In this document: in pieces, positions 60,873 through 64,000 of the stretch
Layout of the letters: every line of letters begins with the position of its first letter
Position numbering within the stretch: the stretch's first letter is position 1
Source: Eubacterium sp.
Lineage (GTDB): Bacteria; Bacillota; Clostridia; Lachnospirales; Lachnospiraceae
DNA: 64,000 bases
Direction of reading: 5' to 3'
Assembly: GCA_022791495.1 (NCBI GenBank)
Contig: JAAVZE010000001.1
Coordinates: forward strand, 8,035 to 72,034
Made by a program: the position numbers and the translations under genes
Notes under the pieces: generated by a model
The model's input: the letters and a program-made list of their open reading frames with translations, nothing else
Told to the model about the DNA's origin: nothing
The model's database searches: none

Positions 60873-62153
60873 TTACTGTACGGTTACTGTCATATACAGT
60901 TGTTCCATTGCATTTACGATTGTCACTGTATCTGTTACGACAACAGATTTCTTTGTGTCTCCTTCCGTGACTGCCACATCGGATTCCGAAAAGTTCTCAA
61001 TTGCTCCAATCTTCTGGAGTTCCTCATGGTGTTTTACAATGTCAAGCCACAGCGCATTTCTTCCTGGTATGTTATTTGCAATGGCTCCGATATACCTGGT
61101 ATTGAATATTACCGCAATGTCATTTGCAATCTGATCCATGACACGGATTGACTGGTTCGACTGGAATATCTCCCCTTTTTCATCGCTTAATGTAGTAAGG
61201 GAATTTATATCTGCTAGAACCCGGATATCATCTCCTGTCTGATGCAGAACAAATTCGCCAGCTTTTATCGCCGACTCAAGTTCTGCCTGTGTGTAAGAGC
61301 ACTTTACATCTGCCTCTCCATCGTATTTCTTATTTGTACACGATTTATTGACAGCACATCCCCCAACTGCCCCAAGGATCCATGGGACTACATTTTTGCC
61401 ATTTTTCACGTTTACAACACCTTCATGATCTGCCGCGGTGCCATAGACCACGCATTGAAATTTGGCGCCAACAGATTCCCGCATTCTTTTTGTGAAAGCC
61501 ACGTACATTCTGTTCGTTACTGTGTCTTCCGTCATCGTGCCAATTGCATTAAAAGCGTATGGCTCGATCGCAGACAAATACGCTGTATGATCCTTTCCTG
61601 TAACCTCTGAATTTGTTCCGCCGGTCATCTGCATGCCTGCTGTTTCTTCCAGGGTGGCATCCCCTTTAAAAACCACCAGACCATTATCCGCAAGCTCATT
61701 TGCGGCCGCAACAGTCTGTGTGTCAACAAGCACAGTATCGAGATATGTCTTTACATCAAATTTTTCATGCTCATCTACATTTACCTGAATAACGATCTTT
61801 ATGTCATTTCCTCTTGTACCGCTGCATTTCGCTTTTGCGTAAGTATTCTCTGCCCTGGATCCACCGGAATTCAAACGATACAGGATAAGTTTTGTTGCAT
61901 TGAGGAAAATATCACGAAACACAGACAGCTCGACCGCGTCATAAGCATATCCAAATGTTTCGATGGAATTCTTAATTAGATTCTCCTCTGTCAACTCCAC
62001 AACACCATCGGACCCCCAGTTGAGTTCCATCCCCATCGTCACAGTGCCTCTTTCTCCCATTATGGCCTGGGCACGGGCTACGCTGACAAAATTAATATAC
62101 GAGCCTGGCAGGCTCTTGTTCTGACTTGTAAATGTTCCACCTCCAAGTGCCAT
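60873..62153 (-). CDS. Tail sheath protein (XkdK-like)
   Basis: MALGGGTFTSQNK.LPGSYINF, LYRLN, DINSLT and NAMEQLYMTVTV. Confidence 0.92.
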   Translation of the reverse strand: MALGGGTFTSQNKSLPGSYINFVSVARAQAIMGERGTVTMGMELNWGSDGVVELTEENLIKNSIETFGYAYDAVELSVFRDIFLNATKLILYRLNSGGSRAENTYAKAKCSGTRGNDIKIVIQVNVDEHEKFDVKTYLDTVLVDTQTVAAANELADNGLVVFKGDATLEETAGMQMTGGTNSEVTGKDHTAYLSAIEPYAFNAIGTMTEDTVTNRMYVAFTKRMRESVGAKFQCVVYGTAADHEGVVNVKNGKNVVPWILGAVGGCAVNKSCTNKKYDGEADVKCSYTQAELESAIKAGEFVLHQTGDDIRVLADINSLTTLSDEKGEIFQSNQSIRVMDQIANDIAVIFNTRYIGAIANNIPGRNALWLDIVKHHEELQKIGAIENFSESDVAVTEGDTKKSVVVTDTVTIVNAMEQLYMTVTVQ

Positions 62154-62336
62154 TTATTTCACCTTTCCTTTCTTATAGTTTTGTATTTTCTTTTCCACCT
62201 CAGAAACCAGATATGATCCATCCTTTAAAAGAGCCCCCAAAAGATCTGCATCTTCGGCAAATCTTTCTGAGAACATCAGCTGTTCTCTTGAAAACTTTGG
62301 ATCACATGCCTCCTTAACTGTTTTTCCTGTTGCCAT
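62154..62336 (-). CDS. Small conserved phage protein before the sheath gene
   Basis: FSREQL..SERF...DLLGALL; synteny. Confidence 0.65.
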   Translation of the reverse strand: MATGKTVKEACDPKFSREQLMFSERFAEDADLLGALLKDGSYLVSEVEKKIQNYKKGKVK

Positions 62337-62757
62337 CTCTCAGTCCACCTTCCACATTGAGTTTTTCCATCCTTTGTTCCTGTGTAATTCGTTCTGTGTA
62401 ACAGTCGTAGTTTACGAACACCGTAAGGAATCCATTAGTTAGTTCCGAAGAAAACTTAGTTCCTTCCATCAAGTCACCTGTTGCATTTTTGATATACTCT
62501 AGCACAGACATGATCCGGCTCCCGATCTCATTGCACTCCCTCTTTGGCTCGTCCGTGCCAGGGAGATACTGGACTGCAAACCTATTTTCCAGTTTCCTTC
62601 TGTTTCCAAACCATCTCTCGTCTGTATTGCTTATGCAGGATACGAAAAAGCAGGGCTCCTGCACACCCTGCTGCCTGTCTTCTGTGTATATGAAAAACTT
62701 GCTGCCAAATTCCTCATACAAAGCATTGGTAATTCCATCCAGAATTTTATTTACCAT
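62314..62757 (-). CDS. Tail terminator-like protein
   Basis: IYTE..QQG.QEPCFFV; synteny. Confidence 0.7.
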   Translation of the reverse strand: MVNKILDGITNALYEEFGSKFFIYTEDRQQGVQEPCFFVSCISNTDERWFGNRRKLENRFAVQYLPGTDEPKRECNEIGSRIMSVLEYIKNATGDLMEGTKFSSELTNGFLTVFVNYDCYTERITQEQRMEKLNVEGGLRDGNRKNS

Positions 62758-63260
62758 TGAAATACCTCCCTAAGCCATTTTTCAAGCTCCTTTTCAAGAA
62801 ATTTTGGTGCGGTTCTTCGGATTTCTTCCTCTGATTTTGTCAGCATAAATTTTCCCTCAACCCATGAATTCTTTAGCTGCTTTGCGATGGCTGGAACATA
62901 CCTCCCTGGTTCCTGGCGGTGTCCATATTCCACATAAGAAGCATACTCCTTTGGATTTTTCACCTCTACCCTATAGACGCCGCCTATACAGGATACCTCT
63001 AGAGTATTATCCCTCAGCCAGGCTCTTCTCAGTTCTCCTCCCTGTCCGCCAGGCTCAACAAGGTCTCCTTCTTCTGTTAATTCGTAGGTCTTTGAATAAT
63101 CTCCTACTGGAGTTCTGCTTACGACCCTGCGTAAAAGCCTGGCCGCCAAATCCCGCGCTGCTTTCCTGCAGAAAGTATCTATTTGTGCCTTTCCCTGCGC
63201 ATCTTTGAGCTGATCCCGCAGTTTTTTCAGTTCTTTTGTATCCACTGTCACACTGCTCAT
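62751..63260 (-). CDS. HK97 gp10-family protein
   Basis: RTPVG, GELRRAW, N..EYASYVEYGHR and WVEGKFML; start MSSVT at 63260. Confidence 0.85.
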   Translation of the reverse strand: MSSVTVDTKELKKLRDQLKDAQGKAQIDTFCRKAARDLAARLLRRVVSRTPVGDYSKTYELTEEGDLVEPGGQGGELRRAWLRDNTLEVSCIGGVYRVEVKNPKEYASYVEYGHRQEPGRYVPAIAKQLKNSWVEGKFMLTKSEEEIRRTAPKFLEKELEKWLREVFQW

Positions 63261-63261
63261 A

Positions 63262-63639
63262 TCATGACCACCTTTCATGCAATTGAAGAACAATTTCCTG
63301 ATGGGAACTATATACTGCTGGCTGCCCGGACCGTTCGTACTCATATATACGTCCTTTGTGCTTGATTTCAATTACACATCCGGTTTTAATATCTATGTCC
63401 GGACTTATAAACAACTTTATGGTCTGGGAAGGTACAGAAGCCGGATCTGCTTTGTCTTCCGCCTCTATTTTGGAGAAGGACAGACGGCACGGTTCATTCT
63501 CTAAAGTAACAATCCTTCTTTTCTTGGTAACTTTCGTTTTCTCGTCGAAAACTTCTTTCTGTTCATAAACCGTACAACTGTCTTCATACATTTGTTCGAT
63601 CTTATTCCGCATAATGTTGCGGGCACTTTCAAAATTCAT
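63262..63639 (-). CDS. Head-tail adaptor/closure protein
   Basis: PCRLS...KLFISP.I.IKTG...YSSHQEI. Confidence 0.75.
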   Translation of the reverse strand: MNFESARNIMRNKIEQMYEDSCTVYEQKEVFDEKTKVTKKRRIVTLENEPCRLSFSKIEAEDKADPASVPSQTIKLFISPDIDIKTGCVIEIKHKGRIYEYERSGQPAVYSSHQEIVLQLHERWS

Positions 63640-63980
63640 GCTCCAAACCTCACTTTACGAAAACGATTGAGGGATACTTTATATCGGCTTAGTATATTAT
63701 TGACAGAGCTTTCTTCCATATCTTTTCTAAATGATATGGAAGTGTCTCCCTCTGTGATGGAAGAGACTGAAGGCCCCTCTTCCTCACTCTGGTTCATCCC
63801 GCGGTATATGTCTATCGCTATCTGACATGCCGTATTTAACAAGCCCGCAGGAATCTCATTGATATTACAGTAGTTCTTTACAACCTCCTCCGCTTCTTCC
63901 ATGGCGAACCTTAGAGCAGAATCTTTTGAATGATCTTGCTGATCTATGCCCAGAAGTTCTTTCAGTTTTTCCATCTTCAT
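63636..63980 (-). CDS. Head-tail connector (gp6/gp15-like)
   Basis: KELLGI...VKNYCNI.EIP...SSITEGDTSISF. Confidence 0.8.
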   Translation of the reverse strand: MKMEKLKELLGIDQQDHSKDSALRFAMEEAEEVVKNYCNINEIPAGLLNTACQIAIDIYRGMNQSEEEGPSVSSITEGDTSISFRKDMEESSVNNILSRYKVSLNRFRKVRFGA

Positions 63981-64000
63981 TCTTCACCATCCTAACCAAG

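Larger units (their letters stand above)
48938..64000 (-). mobile_element. Prophage (contractile-tail, PBSX XkdK-XkdU-like module), partial
   Basis: Co-oriented head-tail connector, sheath, tube, tape measure, baseplate, fibre, holin and endolysin genes. Confidence 0.92.

Noticed and set aside
48938-64000. Tailocin (R-type bacteriocin) instead of a prophage
   Set aside because: Head-tail connector, adaptor and HK97 gp10-like genes are present, implying a head module beyond the window.

Overview
The window looks like a Lachnospiraceae-type (Clostridia) chromosome; this is inferred from gene content. Bases 1-39.7 kb are mostly housekeeping: argF, SPFH/NfeD, TrmH, an EF-G/TetM-like GTPase fused to a NYN domain, an agr-like quorum-sensing locus with an unannotated AgrD peptide, prfA, a DUF1385-PrmC fusion, rpmE, rho, malic enzyme, metY, a CadA-type operon, araD, cysK and a heterodimeric ABC exporter. 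Two mobile elements follow. (1) A ~6.65 kb integrated element at 39775-46433 is bounded by an 11-bp direct repeat and has TAGTACC arm-type repeats inside both ends. It encodes a tyrosine integrase, a cI/cro switch, an excisionase, a phage-type replication initiator, a type I toxin-antitoxin module, a scaffold-like protein and its own major capsid protein, but no portal, terminase, tail or lysis genes. It reads as a minimal capsid-encoding phage satellite and is the best candidate for an undescribed system. (2) The lysis, tail and head-tail end of a PBSX/XkdK-type myovirus prophage runs from ~48938 off the right edge. It appears to be inserted inside the spore cortex-lytic gene sleC, a candidate prophage-controlled germination switch. 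All product calls come from motif recognition by eye; no database searches were run.
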